Part shown: one piece after another, positions 1-8,981 of the stretch
Position numbering within the stretch: position 1 is the stretch's first letter
Layout: every line of letters starts with the position of its first letter
Source: Acidimicrobiales bacterium
GTDB taxonomy: Bacteria > Actinomycetota > Acidimicrobiia > Acidimicrobiales > JBOGGX01
DNA length: 64,000 nucleotides
Direction of reading: 5' to 3'
Assembly: GCA_050744245.1 (NCBI GenBank)
Contig: JBOGGX010000238.1
Location: 287-64,286 of the forward strand
The notes under the pieces: generated by a model
The model's input: the letters and a program-made list of their open reading frames with translations, nothing else
Told to the model about the DNA's origin: nothing
The model's database searches: none
Position numbers and translations under genes: made by a program

Positions 1-347
1 CTCAGCGCCTGTGACGCGGCCTGGATGAGGGCCCCCGAATGCTCGCGCCGCTCGCCGAGGGCGGCCCGTAGGTCGACCGTGCGGTCACCGGCCAGGGCCT
101 GGTCCTGGGCCTGGCGCAGCCGGTCGACCGCTTGGCCGAAGTCGGCGAGCGCCTCGGGATCGGCCCGGCGCAGCTGGTTGAGCGCCCAGGCGACCACGGT
201 CGGCTTCCTGAGCTTGGCCACCGCACCCGCCGCCTCCCGCTCCCCCGCCGACCTCAGCTCCTTGACCAGAGCAGTTCTGGCCGTGACGAACTCGTCCGGC
301 GGCAGCAGGTACAGCCCCGCGATCCGTTCGTCGAGCCCGTCGGCCAC
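1..347 (-). CDS. hypothetical protein, partial (3' end runs off left edge)
   Basis: Absent from the ORF track because no stop lies in the window. Reverse translation from GTG at 347 gives VADGLDERIAGLYLLPPDEFVTARTALVKELRSAGEREAAGAVAKLRKPTVVAWALNQLRRADPEALADFGQAVDRLRQAQ..., a protein-like composition unlike the Arg/Pro-rich shadow frames. Confidence 0.45.
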   Translation of the reverse strand, partial: MADGLDERIAGLYLLPPDEFVTARTALVKELRSAGEREAAGAVAKLRKPTVVAWALNQLRRADPEALADFGQAVDRLRQAQDQALAGDRTVDLRAALGERREHSGALIQAASQAL

Positions 348-387
348 GCCGGCAGAACGTAGCGGGCCGACCCGCTCGCCGGCCGGG

Positions 388-1899
388 TCAACCCGATTCG
401 AGGCCGGCAAGGTAGGCGGCCATCTCGGCCTGGCCGCCGTACTCGGCCCACCCCCGCGGCGTCGAGTCGTGCTCGGTGTCGGTGGCGGACGGGTCTGCGC
501 CCAGCTCGACCAGCACCCGGGCCAGGCCGACATCACCCCGCCACGCCGCCTCGTGCAGCGCCGTCGTCCGGTGGCGGGCGTTGACGTCGAACCCGAGGTC
601 GACCATGAGCCGCACCGCGTCCGGTCGGCCCAACTCACTGGCCCGGGCGACCAGGTCCGGGCGGAGGAGGAGGGCGCGCTCGAGGAGCGACGGGTCGTCC
701 GCCAGGGCGGCATCGACCGCGGCCTGGTCACCCGCCATGCAGACACCGACGAACCGGCTGAGCGGGTCGACCCCCGAAGGGGCCGCGCCGGCGTCGACGA
801 GGAGTCCCGCCACCTCGACGTTGCCGTGCAGGACGGCGGCCTGGTAGGCGGTCCGGCCGCCGTAGAGCGGATGACCACCCCGGCCGTCGGGATCGGCGCC
901 GTTGGCCAGGAGCAGACGGGTGCGGCGAACCAGGCCGGCCTGGGCCGCGTGTTGGAGCGCCTCGGCCATGAGCTCAGACGGCGTCGGATACTCGGGCGCC
1001 AGCCGCCGGAACCACGGTCCTCCGTCGCCCCTCCCGAAGCCGAACTCGATGAGCAGCCCCAGGAACTCGGTGTCGTCGGTGGCCATGTCGCCCGGACCGC
1101 AGTTGTAGACGGTCTGGCTGTCGTTGGGGTCGGCGCCGGCCTCGAGGAGCAGGCGGGCGAGCTCCAGCGACCGTGGGTGCGGCGGCTGGGCCCCCTCGCC
1201 CCGTCCGAAGGCCCCAGTGAGGGCGGTGAACGGCGGGACGAGACCGTCCCAGAGAAAGCCGGCGTTGGGATCGGCGCCGTTGGCCAGCAGCAGCCGGGCC
1301 ACCTCGAGGGTGTCGTGGGCCGGGTCGCCGTCGTCGAGGCGGGAGTAGGCGGCGTAGAGCAACGGTTCCCAGCCGAACGGGCCGCCGAGGCGGTCGGCCT
1401 GGCGCGGATCGGCGTCGAGCAACACGCCGGCTGCGGCCGCGTCGCCCACCGCGGCCATGGTGTGGATCGACCATCGAGCCAGGTGGGGATGGGCCGAGAG
1501 CAGCAGCCGGGCCTGCGCCGGACGGGCCGCGTCGTCGGCCCCGTAGTTGAGGCACGCCAGCCTGAGCAGCTCGTCGGCTCGGGCCGCGTCGTCGGCCAGG
1601 GGTTGGCCCACCGGCTGCTCGTGGGGTGAGCGGCTAAGCCGGTTGACGACATCGACGAAGCCGGTCAGCCTGGGCCAGGAGGGGAAGCCATAGCGACGGG
1701 CGACCGTGAGCTGGGCGTCGGCCAGCTTGAAGCCGGTGGCCGCACGTGACCCGGCGGTGAGCTCGCCGAGCCGGGGGTGGTGCTCCCGCACCCGCTCGAT
1801 GGCCACGGGCGAGCCCCGCCGCACGTCATCTCGGAGCGTCTTGGCCGAACGCTTGAGTCGTTCGAGGTCGGGCCGGGCTGGGAGCGAGTGGGTGGTCAC
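388..1899 (-). CDS. ankyrin-repeat protein
   Basis: 503-aa ORF with several ANK-like repeats (LLLANGADPN, LLEAGADPND, GRTAYQAAVLHGNVEVAGLLVDAGAAP, TALHEAAWRGDVGLARVLVELGADP). Confidence 0.85.
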   Translation of the reverse strand: MTTHSLPARPDLERLKRSAKTLRDDVRRGSPVAIERVREHHPRLGELTAGSRAATGFKLADAQLTVARRYGFPSWPRLTGFVDVVNRLSRSPHEQPVGQPLADDAARADELLRLACLNYGADDAARPAQARLLLSAHPHLARWSIHTMAAVGDAAAAGVLLDADPRQADRLGGPFGWEPLLYAAYSRLDDGDPAHDTLEVARLLLANGADPNAGFLWDGLVPPFTALTGAFGRGEGAQPPHPRSLELARLLLEAGADPNDSQTVYNCGPGDMATDDTEFLGLLIEFGFGRGDGGPWFRRLAPEYPTPSELMAEALQHAAQAGLVRRTRLLLANGADPDGRGGHPLYGGRTAYQAAVLHGNVEVAGLLVDAGAAPSGVDPLSRFVGVCMAGDQAAVDAALADDPSLLERALLLRPDLVARASELGRPDAVRLMVDLGFDVNARHRTTALHEAAWRGDVGLARVLVELGADPSATDTEHDSTPRGWAEYGGQAEMAAYLAGLESG

Positions 1900-2350
1900 G
1901 ACTGCCTCCTTTCCGAGGAGCCCGGCGTCCGCATGCTCGGGCAGGAAAGGGGCGCTGCTTCGGTTGCGTTGCCTCGTCCAGGCGGGCTGGGCCCTTCCCG
2001 CGGACCGGTGGCGCTCCTGGCTCGCCGATCGTCAGCGTAGCCGGCGGGCCCAACCGCAAACTCGAGTTGCCGACCATGTCTGGGGCGCCGAGACGCACAC
2101 CGGTCACCTGCGCGGCACGGCCGACGGTTGCCCACCGCGCCTCATCCACACCGCTCGCGGCATGGGCTACACCGTGCGGGTCTCAGGCGCGCCGCCTACC
2201 ACGCCGAACGCCATCTTCGGCTGCTGGCAACCGCCCCAAGCCACGATCGAACCCTTGAGAAACCTGTGGCACCGGTGAACGGAGCCGTCTCGACGGACAG
2301 GGCTACCGCAAGACGCTGTGGGAGGTCGGAGGCCGGGCGCCGACGACCGC

Positions 2351-2381
2351 TTGACCTCAAGTTCGCTTGAGGTCGTACCGT
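2351..2381 (+). promoter_or_regulatory. MerR/SoxR-type promoter with sox-box palindrome
   Basis: TTGACC (2351-2356), a 19-nt spacer, then TACCGT (2376-2381). The perfect palindrome CCTCAAG-TTCG-CTTGAGG (2355-2372) fills the spacer. ATG at 2389 is 7 nt after the -10, so the transcript is probably leaderless. Confidence 0.6.
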
Positions 2382-2388
2382 CCTCGCC

Positions 2389-3375
2389 ATGCACGCCATC
2401 CAGCTTCACGAGTTCGGGCCGGCTGAGAACCTGCGCTACGAAGCGGTCGCGGATCCGAAGCCGGAGCCCAACCAGGTGCGGATCGCGGTCGGCGCCGCCG
2501 GCATTCACTTCGTCGACACGTCGATCCGCTCGGGCGCGACCGGGGCCATGGCCTTTCCGTTGCCGGAGCTGCCGGCCATTCCCGGGCGAGAGGTGGCCGG
2601 CGTGGTCGATGCCGTCGGGGCCGACGTCGACGACGGCTGGGTCGGACGCCGGGTGGTGGCCCACCTCGGCATCGGGGGCGCCGGCTATGCCGAGCTGGCC
2701 GTGGTTGACACCGCCTCGCTCCATGCGCTGCCCGACCACGTCGCCGACGAGGCCGCGGTGGCGATGATCGGCACGGGCCGGACCGCGGTGGCGATCCTCG
2801 ACGTCGCCGAGCTCGGCCCAGACGACGTCGTGCTGATCACGGCCGCCGCCGGCGGTCTCGGCAGCCTGCTCATCCAGGCCGTCGCCAACGTCGGCGGGTT
2901 CTCGATCGGCGCCGCCGGCGGGGCGGCCAAGGTCGAACAGGTGCGTCGGCTCGGTGCCGACGTCGCCGTCGACTACCTGGAGCCCGACTGGCCGGCAACC
3001 GTGCGGGCTGCGATCGGCGATCGTGAGATCACCGTTGCCCTCGACGGCGTGGGCGGCCGGCTCGGCCGCCAATCCCTGGAACTGGTGGGGGTCGGGGGTC
3101 GGCTCATCCTGTTCGGCTTCTCATCGGGCGAGCCGCTCGAGCTGACCGTCGGCGACCTGTTCACGCGCGGGCTGACGGTGTCGGCCGCGATCGGGGCGCG
3201 GATCACAAAGCATCCGGGCGGGCTCCGGGCCTTCGAGGACGCGTCCCTCGCCGAACTGGCCTCCGGCCGGCTCGTCCCGCTGGTCGGCCAGCGCTTCCCG
3301 CTGGCTCAGGCCGCGGCCGCCCACCGGGCCATCGAGAGCAGGGCCACGATGGGCAAGACCGTCCTCGTTCCGTAG
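2389..3375 (+). CDS. zinc-type alcohol dehydrogenase / NADPH:quinone oxidoreductase family (MDR)
   Basis: 328-aa ORF. The N-terminus MHAIQLHEFGPAENLRYEAVADPKPEPNQVRIAVGAAGIHFVDT and the AAGGLGS nucleotide-binding motif are typical of quinone oxidoreductases. Confidence 0.85.
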   Translation: MHAIQLHEFGPAENLRYEAVADPKPEPNQVRIAVGAAGIHFVDTSIRSGATGAMAFPLPELPAIPGREVAGVVDAVGADVDDGWVGRRVVAHLGIGGAGYAELAVVDTASLHALPDHVADEAAVAMIGTGRTAVAILDVAELGPDDVVLITAAAGGLGSLLIQAVANVGGFSIGAAGGAAKVEQVRRLGADVAVDYLEPDWPATVRAAIGDREITVALDGVGGRLGRQSLELVGVGGRLILFGFSSGEPLELTVGDLFTRGLTVSAAIGARITKHPGGLRAFEDASLAELASGRLVPLVGQRFPLAQAAAAHRAIESRATMGKTVLVP

Positions 3376-3516
3376 CGGTCGGGCCGCCCTCCCGGCCGAG
3401 GCCGCGACCTGCGAACCCCTGTCGGCCATGATGACTCTGCCCACCCTGGTCATCGGACGCCTTCGGTCTCGCCGGCGCGGCGAGCGGCGCACAAGGCACC
3501 GCGGAGGACGATCGCA

Positions 3517-4675
3517 TTGGAACTCGATCTGCCCACCCTGATCCTGGTTCCCGCGGCGGCGGTGGGCGCGGTGTTGCTGGCCAACGCGCTGTCGCCGATC
3601 GTCAGGATCCCGCTCGTCGTCTTCGAGATCCTGCTCGGCGTCCTGATCGGCCCGGCCCTGCTCGACTGGGTCGAGATCGAGCCGTTCACCTCGACGATGG
3701 CCGACCTCGGCCTCGTCACCTTGTTCTTCCTCGCGGGCCGCGAGATCGACTTCGCCCAGATCAAGGGTCGACCCCTGCAACGGGCCGGGCTGGGCTGGCT
3801 GATCTCGATCACCGCCGGCGTGCTGGTCGGGGTGGTGCTCGCCGGCGACGCCGAGGCCGGCGTCTAGGTGGCTGGTGTGGCCCTGTCCTCGACCGCGCTG
3901 GGCACGATCATGCCGGTGCTGCGCGACGCGGGGGAGCTGCGGACACCGTTCGGGCGGGCGGTCATCGCCGTCGGCGCGGCCGGCGAGTTCGGCCCGCTCC
4001 CTGCCATCTCGCTGTTCCTCAGCGGCCGCACGCCAGGCACGGCGACGGTGTTCCTCGTGGCCTTCGCCATCGTGGCCGGCGCGGCGATCTGGCTCGCGGG
4101 GCGCGGCGGCCATCGGACCCACGCACTCATCCAGGCCACGCTTCACTCGAGCGGCCAGTTCGCGGTGCGGCTGGTCATACTGCTCATGGCCGCCCTGAGC
4201 GCGATGGGCATCTGGCTCGGCATCGACATGCTGCTCGGAGCCTTCGCCGCCGGCGTGCTGTTCCGCGTCCTGCTGGCCAGGGCCGACGACACCATGGCCG
4301 AGCAGGTCGAGTCGAAGCTGGAGGCCGCCGGGTTCGGGTTCCTGGTGCCGATCTTCTTCATCAACACCGGCATCACCTACGACCTTCAGGCGCTCACCGA
4401 CGACGCCGGAGCGCTGCTGCTGCTGCCGGTGACCGGCGGGCGATCGTCCTGTTCAGCGCGACCGCCCTGCCAATCATCGTGGCCGTGACCGCGATCGGGG
4501 TCGACAACGGCGAGCTCGAGTCGGCGACGGCGGCCTCGCTCGTCGGGCCGGGATGCTGTCGGTGCTCCTGCTCCTGTTGGCCCTGAGCCAGCTCCGCCAT
4601 GGACCGGTCGGTGAGCTCAGCCCCGGTGGTCGGGGTGGATCGTCGCCGGCGGCGACTCCCGATCCGACTCGTTGA
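3517..4675 (+). pseudogene. cation:proton antiporter (Na+/H+ exchanger family), disrupted
   Basis: An in-frame TAG at 3865-3867 splits ORFs 3517-3867 and 3868-4488, which share one frame. The reading then moves to frame 3 near 4438 (AIVLFSATALPIIVAVTAIGVDNGELESATAASLVG) and to frame 2 near 4550 (MLSVLLLLLAL...), with the stop at 4673-4675. Confidence 0.7.
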
Positions 4676-4752
4676 CGAGGACGAATGGGCCCGCTCGCCG
4701 GGTGACCGCGACGCCCCGGTCGTCTCCACCGGCGCGTCCATGTCCCCGAGGC

Positions 4753-6024
4753 TCAGGGCACGCGCCGCACGCGGACGCGGCTGATGGCGCGGCCGTCGAC
4801 CTCGGCCACCTCGAGCTGCCAGCCGTCGATGCGCACCCTCGCGCCCGGGCGTTCGGGGATGTGGCCGAGCCGATCGAGGAGCAGACCGGCGACGGTCGCG
4901 TAGTCGCCCTCGGGCAGCTCGATGCCGAGGTCGGACAGGTCGTGGACCGGGAAGCCGCCGTCGAGGAGCACGGTGCCGTCGGGTGCCCACTCGACGGCGA
5001 GCACGTCGGGATCGCTCTCGTCGTAGATCTCCCCGACGAGCTCCTCGATCAGGTCTTCGATGGTGACGATCCCCTCCGTGCCGCCGTACTCGTTGACGAC
5101 GACCGCGATCTGCTCGCGATCAGCCTGTAGTTGGCGCAGCGCGTCGATGACCCCGACCGTCTCGGGCAGCACCGTCGCCGGCCGCACCACGCCGGCCACC
5201 GGCTCGTCACGGGCGGGCCGAACGAGATCGCGCCAGTGGACGATCCCGACCACCGCGTCGAGATCGTCCTCCACCACCGGCGCCCTCGAGTGACCGGTGG
5301 CCACGAGAACGTCGAGCCCCTCCGCCACCGGTTGGTCGGCCCTGATCGCGACCACGTCGCGGCGCGGGACGAGCACCATGCGCAGCGACCGGTCCGCGAT
5401 CTCGAACACGCCGGAGATGATCGCCCGCTGCTCCGGCGTGAAGCTGCGTTTCGACACCAGGAGGTCGCGCAGCTCCTCCTCGGTGACCTCGTCTCGATGC
5501 CGCGTCGGATCGCCACCCATCAGCCGTACGGCGGCGTCGGTCGATCGGCCCAGGAGCCACACGACGGGGCGGGCCGCCCGGGCCAGCCCGGCCAGCGGGC
5601 GGGCCGCGATCATGGCCCATCGCTCCGACCGCTGCATGGCCACCCGCTTGGGCGCCAGCTCACCGACGACCAGGGTCACGAAGGTGAGTACGAGCGTGAC
5701 GAGCACGATGGCCACCGGCTCGGCCGCCCCTCCGAGGAAGGACAGGGCGCCGACGAGGGGCTCGGCCAGGGCGACCGCAGCGGTGGCCGACGCCAGGAAG
5801 CCGGCCAGCGTGATGCCGACCTGGATCGTGGCCAGGAACCGGTTGGGGTCGCGCGCCAGGCGGGCCAGGACCCGACCCGTCTCGCTCTGGTCGGCCAGAC
5901 GCTGCAACTGGTGCTCGCGCAGCGACACGAGCGCGATCTCGGCCCCCGCGAACGCAGCGTTGATCACGATCAGCACGCCCACCAGAGCGAGCTGCCACCA
6001 GAGCGAGCCGTCCACGTTGATCAC
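4753..6024 (-). CDS. hemolysin-family protein (CNNM transmembrane + CBS pair + CorC_HlyC)
   Basis: 423-aa ORF. The N-terminal LIVINAAFAGAEIALVS, RFLATIQVGITLAG and the C-terminal GHIPERPGARVRIDGWQLEVAEVDGRAISRVRV are hallmarks of the TlyC/CorC family. Confidence 0.85.
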   Translation of the reverse strand: MINVDGSLWWQLALVGVLIVINAAFAGAEIALVSLREHQLQRLADQSETGRVLARLARDPNRFLATIQVGITLAGFLASATAAVALAEPLVGALSFLGGAAEPVAIVLVTLVLTFVTLVVGELAPKRVAMQRSERWAMIAARPLAGLARAARPVVWLLGRSTDAAVRLMGGDPTRHRDEVTEEELRDLLVSKRSFTPEQRAIISGVFEIADRSLRMVLVPRRDVVAIRADQPVAEGLDVLVATGHSRAPVVEDDLDAVVGIVHWRDLVRPARDEPVAGVVRPATVLPETVGVIDALRQLQADREQIAVVVNEYGGTEGIVTIEDLIEELVGEIYDESDPDVLAVEWAPDGTVLLDGGFPVHDLSDLGIELPEGDYATVAGLLLDRLGHIPERPGARVRIDGWQLEVAEVDGRAISRVRVRRVP

Positions 6025-6088
6025 CTCTCCGATCGCCCCCCTTCGGGGGCCTCACGACGTGCCGGGAACGTCCCGGGCACGAGTCCGC

Positions 6089-6532
6089 TCAGACGACGGC
6101 ACTCGCGAGGGGAGGCGCCCGACCCGTCGGGCGGCGACCGGGTGAGGCGGCGACCCGGGCGGCGACCAGGGCCACGACGAGCAACCGACCGGCCGATATG
6201 GCCACGCCGATGCCCCAGGCCAGCACCGCCGGGATCGAGGGGCGCAGCCGTGACCGCACCGCGTCGATCGGGCTGGACGCCGGGCGATCGCCGTCGCCGG
6301 TGGCTTCGGACGGACCCTGCTCGTTCTGGTCACCGGCGAACCACCACGACAGGTCGGTGACGGGCGGGCTCCGGCCGGGCGCCGGTGCGGTCGCGACCAC
6401 CCCGAGGGTGACCGACCACAGCAGCAGGACGGCCAGGGCCGCCGCGTGGCGAGGCCGGGGCAGAGATCGTGGAGGCACGGGAGCGATGGCACCAGGATTC
6501 GGTGGTGCCCGACACCCTACCGGCCGCGGCAT
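6089..6532 (-). CDS. hypothetical small membrane protein
   Basis: Internal ATG of ORF 6089-6778. Two hydrophobic segments are present (AAALAVLLLWSVTLGVVA; IPAVLAWGIGVAISAGRLLVVALVAARVAA). It is divergent from the ArsR gene. There is no recognisable family and it could be a GC-rich chance ORF. Confidence 0.3.
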   Translation of the reverse strand: MPRPVGCRAPPNPGAIAPVPPRSLPRPRHAAALAVLLLWSVTLGVVATAPAPGRSPPVTDLSWWFAGDQNEQGPSEATGDGDRPASSPIDAVRSRLRPSIPAVLAWGIGVAISAGRLLVVALVAARVAASPGRRPTGRAPPLASAVV

Positions 6533-6542
6533 CGCCCCTTGT

Positions 6543-6577
6543 ATGCCTTGACAGGCATATGCTCCTTGAGGCATAGT
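6543..6577 (+). promoter_or_regulatory. candidate ArsR promoter/operator (leaderless)
   Basis: TTGACA (6548-6553), an 18-nt spacer, then CATAGT (6572-6577). ATG at 6585 is 7 nt downstream. The perfect palindrome ATGCCT-TGAC-AGGCAT (6543-6558) overlaps the -35, and further GGCAT/ATGCC copies follow. Confidence 0.4.
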
Positions 6578-6584
6578 CTTCCGC

Positions 6585-6899
6585 ATGCCGGTCGACGCCT
6601 TCGCCGTGCTCGCCGAGCCGACCAGACGCCGGATCCTCGACGAGCTGCGAGCGTCCGACAGCAGCGTGGGCGACCTCGTCGACTCGCTCACGGTCAGCCA
6701 ACCGACGATCTCCAAGCACCTCAAGGTGCTGCGCGACGCCGGCTTCGTGTCGTGCCGGGTCGCCGCGCAGCGCCGCATCTACCGGGTCGAAGCCCATCGG
6801 TTCGAAGCGCTCGACGAGTGGCTCGAGCCCTACCGCCGGCTGTGGGCCCGGCACCTCGACGCGCTCGAGCGTCACCTCGACAACCAGGAGGAACCATGA
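6585..6899 (+). CDS. ArsR/SmtB-family transcriptional regulator
   Basis: 104-aa ORF with FAVLAEPTRRRILDEL...VGDLVDSLTVSQPTISKHLKVLRDAGFV, a canonical ArsR wHTH. Confidence 0.9.
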   Translation: MPVDAFAVLAEPTRRRILDELRASDSSVGDLVDSLTVSQPTISKHLKVLRDAGFVSCRVAAQRRIYRVEAHRFEALDEWLEPYRRLWARHLDALERHLDNQEEP

Positions 6900-7445
6900 A
6901 CCCGACAACGTTCGACCCGGGTCCGCTGGCCGACGTCGAGTGTCTGGCGGCGGGCGAGCGCTGGACGCTCGTGTTCGTCCGCGACATCCAGCATCGGCCG
7001 GAGCGGGTGTGGCGGCCCTGACCGACCGGACCGGCTCGGCCAATGGGCTCCGTTCACCGCCGATCGTGATCTCGGCCGCCCCGGCGCGGCCACCTTGACG
7101 ATGACCGACGGTGACGTCGAGGAGGACCTCCCGGCCGTCGTGCGGAGCGCCGAGCGACCGACCCTGCGCGAGTACACCCGGGGAGACGATCTGCTGGTGT
7201 GGGAGTTGGCGGCCACCGATGCGGGAACGCGCCTGACGCTGCGGCACACGGTCGACGACGTCGAACTGGCGCCGAAGGTGGCGGCCGGCTGGCATCTGTG
7301 TCTCGTCGTCGCCGAGCACCTGCTCGCCGGCGCACCCATCGGGCGCATCGTCGGCGACGACGCCAAGAACCACGGATGGGACGAGCTGCACGTGGCCTAC
7401 ACCAGGCGCCTGCACGAGGCTCGCTGCGTTCTCTGGTCGATCGCG
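6896..7445 (+). pseudogene. SRPBCC (Aha1-like) protein, frameshifted; 3' end uncertain
   Basis: MNPTTFDPGPLADVECLAAGERWTLVFVRDIQHRPERVWR is in frame 2. About two single-base losses near 7015-7035 then lead to LGQWAPFTADRDLGRPGAATLTMTDGDVEEDLPAVV...AAGWHLCLVVAEHLLAGAPIGRIVGDDAKNHGWDELH in frame 3. This is the usual ArsR partner gene. Confidence 0.65.
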
Positions 7446-7503
7446 CGTCGAACGTCGAATGGGGTGCGGTCCTCGCCCGTCGCAACCCTGCGGCGGTCGC
7501 CGG

Positions 7504-7995
7504 TCAGGGCTCGGACGGGGCGACCAGGCGGAGGTGGTCGGCCCGGCGACGGGTGCGACGGCGCGTCCGTCGAGCCGGCAAAGGGTCGGGCCGCTCGACC
7601 TGGTCGGGCCTCACCACGTCGTCGTACCGCCACCGAGGCCGCTCGTCGATCACCTCGGGGTCGATCACGTAGGGCAGGCCGGCCCGCCACACGGCGGTGA
7701 AGACGTCGATCGGTGCGAACCGCCCCGGGCTGGGCCCGCGGCGGTACGCGATGAACTTGTAGGCCGTGCCCGACTCGTCGACCATCAGCTCGTCGCTCCC
7801 CCGCGCGTGGACGTAGACCCAGATCGAGGGGCGGCCCGGACGGTCGAACCGACGGACGAGTCGGAACTCGTCGGCGAACAGGAGCCACGGCACCTCGTCG
7901 GCCCGCGCCAGCCGGGCGAACGTCATCAGCGGTTGCCACCAGGCGAACAGGTGCGGTTCGTCGGGCGGTGGGGTCCAGCTGTCCACTCCTGACAC
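7504..7995 (-). CDS. hypothetical protein
   Basis: ORF 7504-8061 with a likely GTG start at 7995 or 7986. Composition is protein-like (PHLFAWWQPLMTFARLARADEVPWLLFADEFRLVRRFDRPGRPSIWVYVHARGSDELMVDESGTAYKFIAY). No family was recognised. Confidence 0.5.
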   Translation of the reverse strand: MSGVDSWTPPPDEPHLFAWWQPLMTFARLARADEVPWLLFADEFRLVRRFDRPGRPSIWVYVHARGSDELMVDESGTAYKFIAYRRGPSPGRFAPIDVFTAVWRAGLPYVIDPEVIDERPRWRYDDVVRPDQVERPDPLPARRTRRRTRRRADHLRLVAPSEP

Positions 7996-8095
7996 CCTAC
8001 GAGACCCGTGTGACACCGAACCGGGCCGTCGCCGCCGCCCGCTCGGCCGGAAGATTGTCATGATGTTCGGTCAAACGCGCTAGATTCGCACGCCT

Positions 8096-8839
8096 ATGGG
8101 AGCGAATCGGCCGACGGTGCTGATCGACAAGGCCAGCCCGGTTCCCCTCTACTACCAGCTGGCCCAACAGCTCGAGGCGCAGATCCGTTCGGGCCGGCTC
8201 CACTCGGGCGACCGGCTCGAGAACGAGATCGCGCTGGCCAACCAGCTCGGCGTGTCCCGGCCCACGGTCCGCAGCGCCATTCAGTTCCTGGTCGACGGCG
8301 GCCTCGTCTCCCGCCAGCGGGGCGTCGGCACGCTCGTGCTGCCGCCCGCCGTGCGCCGCCGCGAGGCCTTCACCAGCCTCTACGACGAGCTGGAGAAGTC
8401 GGGACGGCGCCCGCGCACCGAGGTGCTGGCGTTTCGAATCGGCCCGGCCACGGTCGAGATCGCCAGGCGGCTCGATCTCGCGCCGGGGGACGAGGTCTAC
8501 GTCGTCGAGCGGCTGCGGTACGCCAGCGATGAGCCGCTGGCGCTGATGCACAACTGGCTGCCGGTCGACGGCCTGGAGCTGACCGAAGACGACCTGACCG
8601 CCGGCGGCCTCTACGCCGCGCTCCGCCGCGACAACGTCGCGCCCAAGGTGGCCACGCAGCTGGTCGGGGCCCGGGGGGCGACGCCGGCCGAGGCCAAGGT
8701 GTTGCACGAGCGGCGGGGAGCGCCGCTGCTCACGATGGAGCGCACGGCCTGGGACCAACGGGGTCGGGCGATCGAGTACGGCGCCCACCTCTACCGGGCC
8801 AGCCGCTATAGCCTCGAGATCACCCTGGGCGCGTCGTGA
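8096..8839 (+). CDS. GntR-family (HutC/UTRA-type) transcriptional regulator
   Basis: 247-aa ORF with LYYQLAQQLEAQIRSGRLHSGDRLENEIALANQLGVSRPTVRSAIQFLVDGGLVSRQRGVGTLV, followed by a UTRA-like C-terminal half. Confidence 0.9.
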   Translation: MGANRPTVLIDKASPVPLYYQLAQQLEAQIRSGRLHSGDRLENEIALANQLGVSRPTVRSAIQFLVDGGLVSRQRGVGTLVLPPAVRRREAFTSLYDELEKSGRRPRTEVLAFRIGPATVEIARRLDLAPGDEVYVVERLRYASDEPLALMHNWLPVDGLELTEDDLTAGGLYAALRRDNVAPKVATQLVGARGATPAEAKVLHERRGAPLLTMERTAWDQRGRAIEYGAHLYRASRYSLEITLGAS

Positions 8840-8899
8840 CGGGACCGCCACCGGGTCCCGCCATTGGCTTTGCCCTTTCCCGCTCCGTCTGAATTGTTC

Positions 8900-8924
8900 T
8901 GACATAGTGACATACGGTTGACTG
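8900..8924 (+). promoter_or_regulatory. candidate operator (direct repeat TGACATA x2 + TTGACTG)
   Basis: An AT-richer island lies between the GntR gene and iolC: TGACATA (8900-8906), g, TGACATA (8908-8914), cgg, TTGACTG (8918-8924). Confidence 0.2.
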
Positions 8925-8981
8925 GGCAACCGCCATCTAGGCTGAGCGGGTCGCCGGCTCGGAGGGGGACCCGTTCACGCC

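Noticed and set aside
25-1629. A 534-aa plus-strand ORF antisense to the ankyrin gene. Similar long antisense or out-of-frame ORFs occur elsewhere, e.g. 9509-11437(-), 13383-15218(-), 15879-17390(-), 24282-25424(-), 28983-31265(+), 39366-41009(+), 40913-42118(+), 41604-42629(-), 53143-53823(-).
   Set aside because: These are typical GC-rich shadow ORFs. They have extreme Arg/Pro/Gly/Ala composition, no recognisable motifs, and each overlaps a gene with clear family signatures in another frame or strand.
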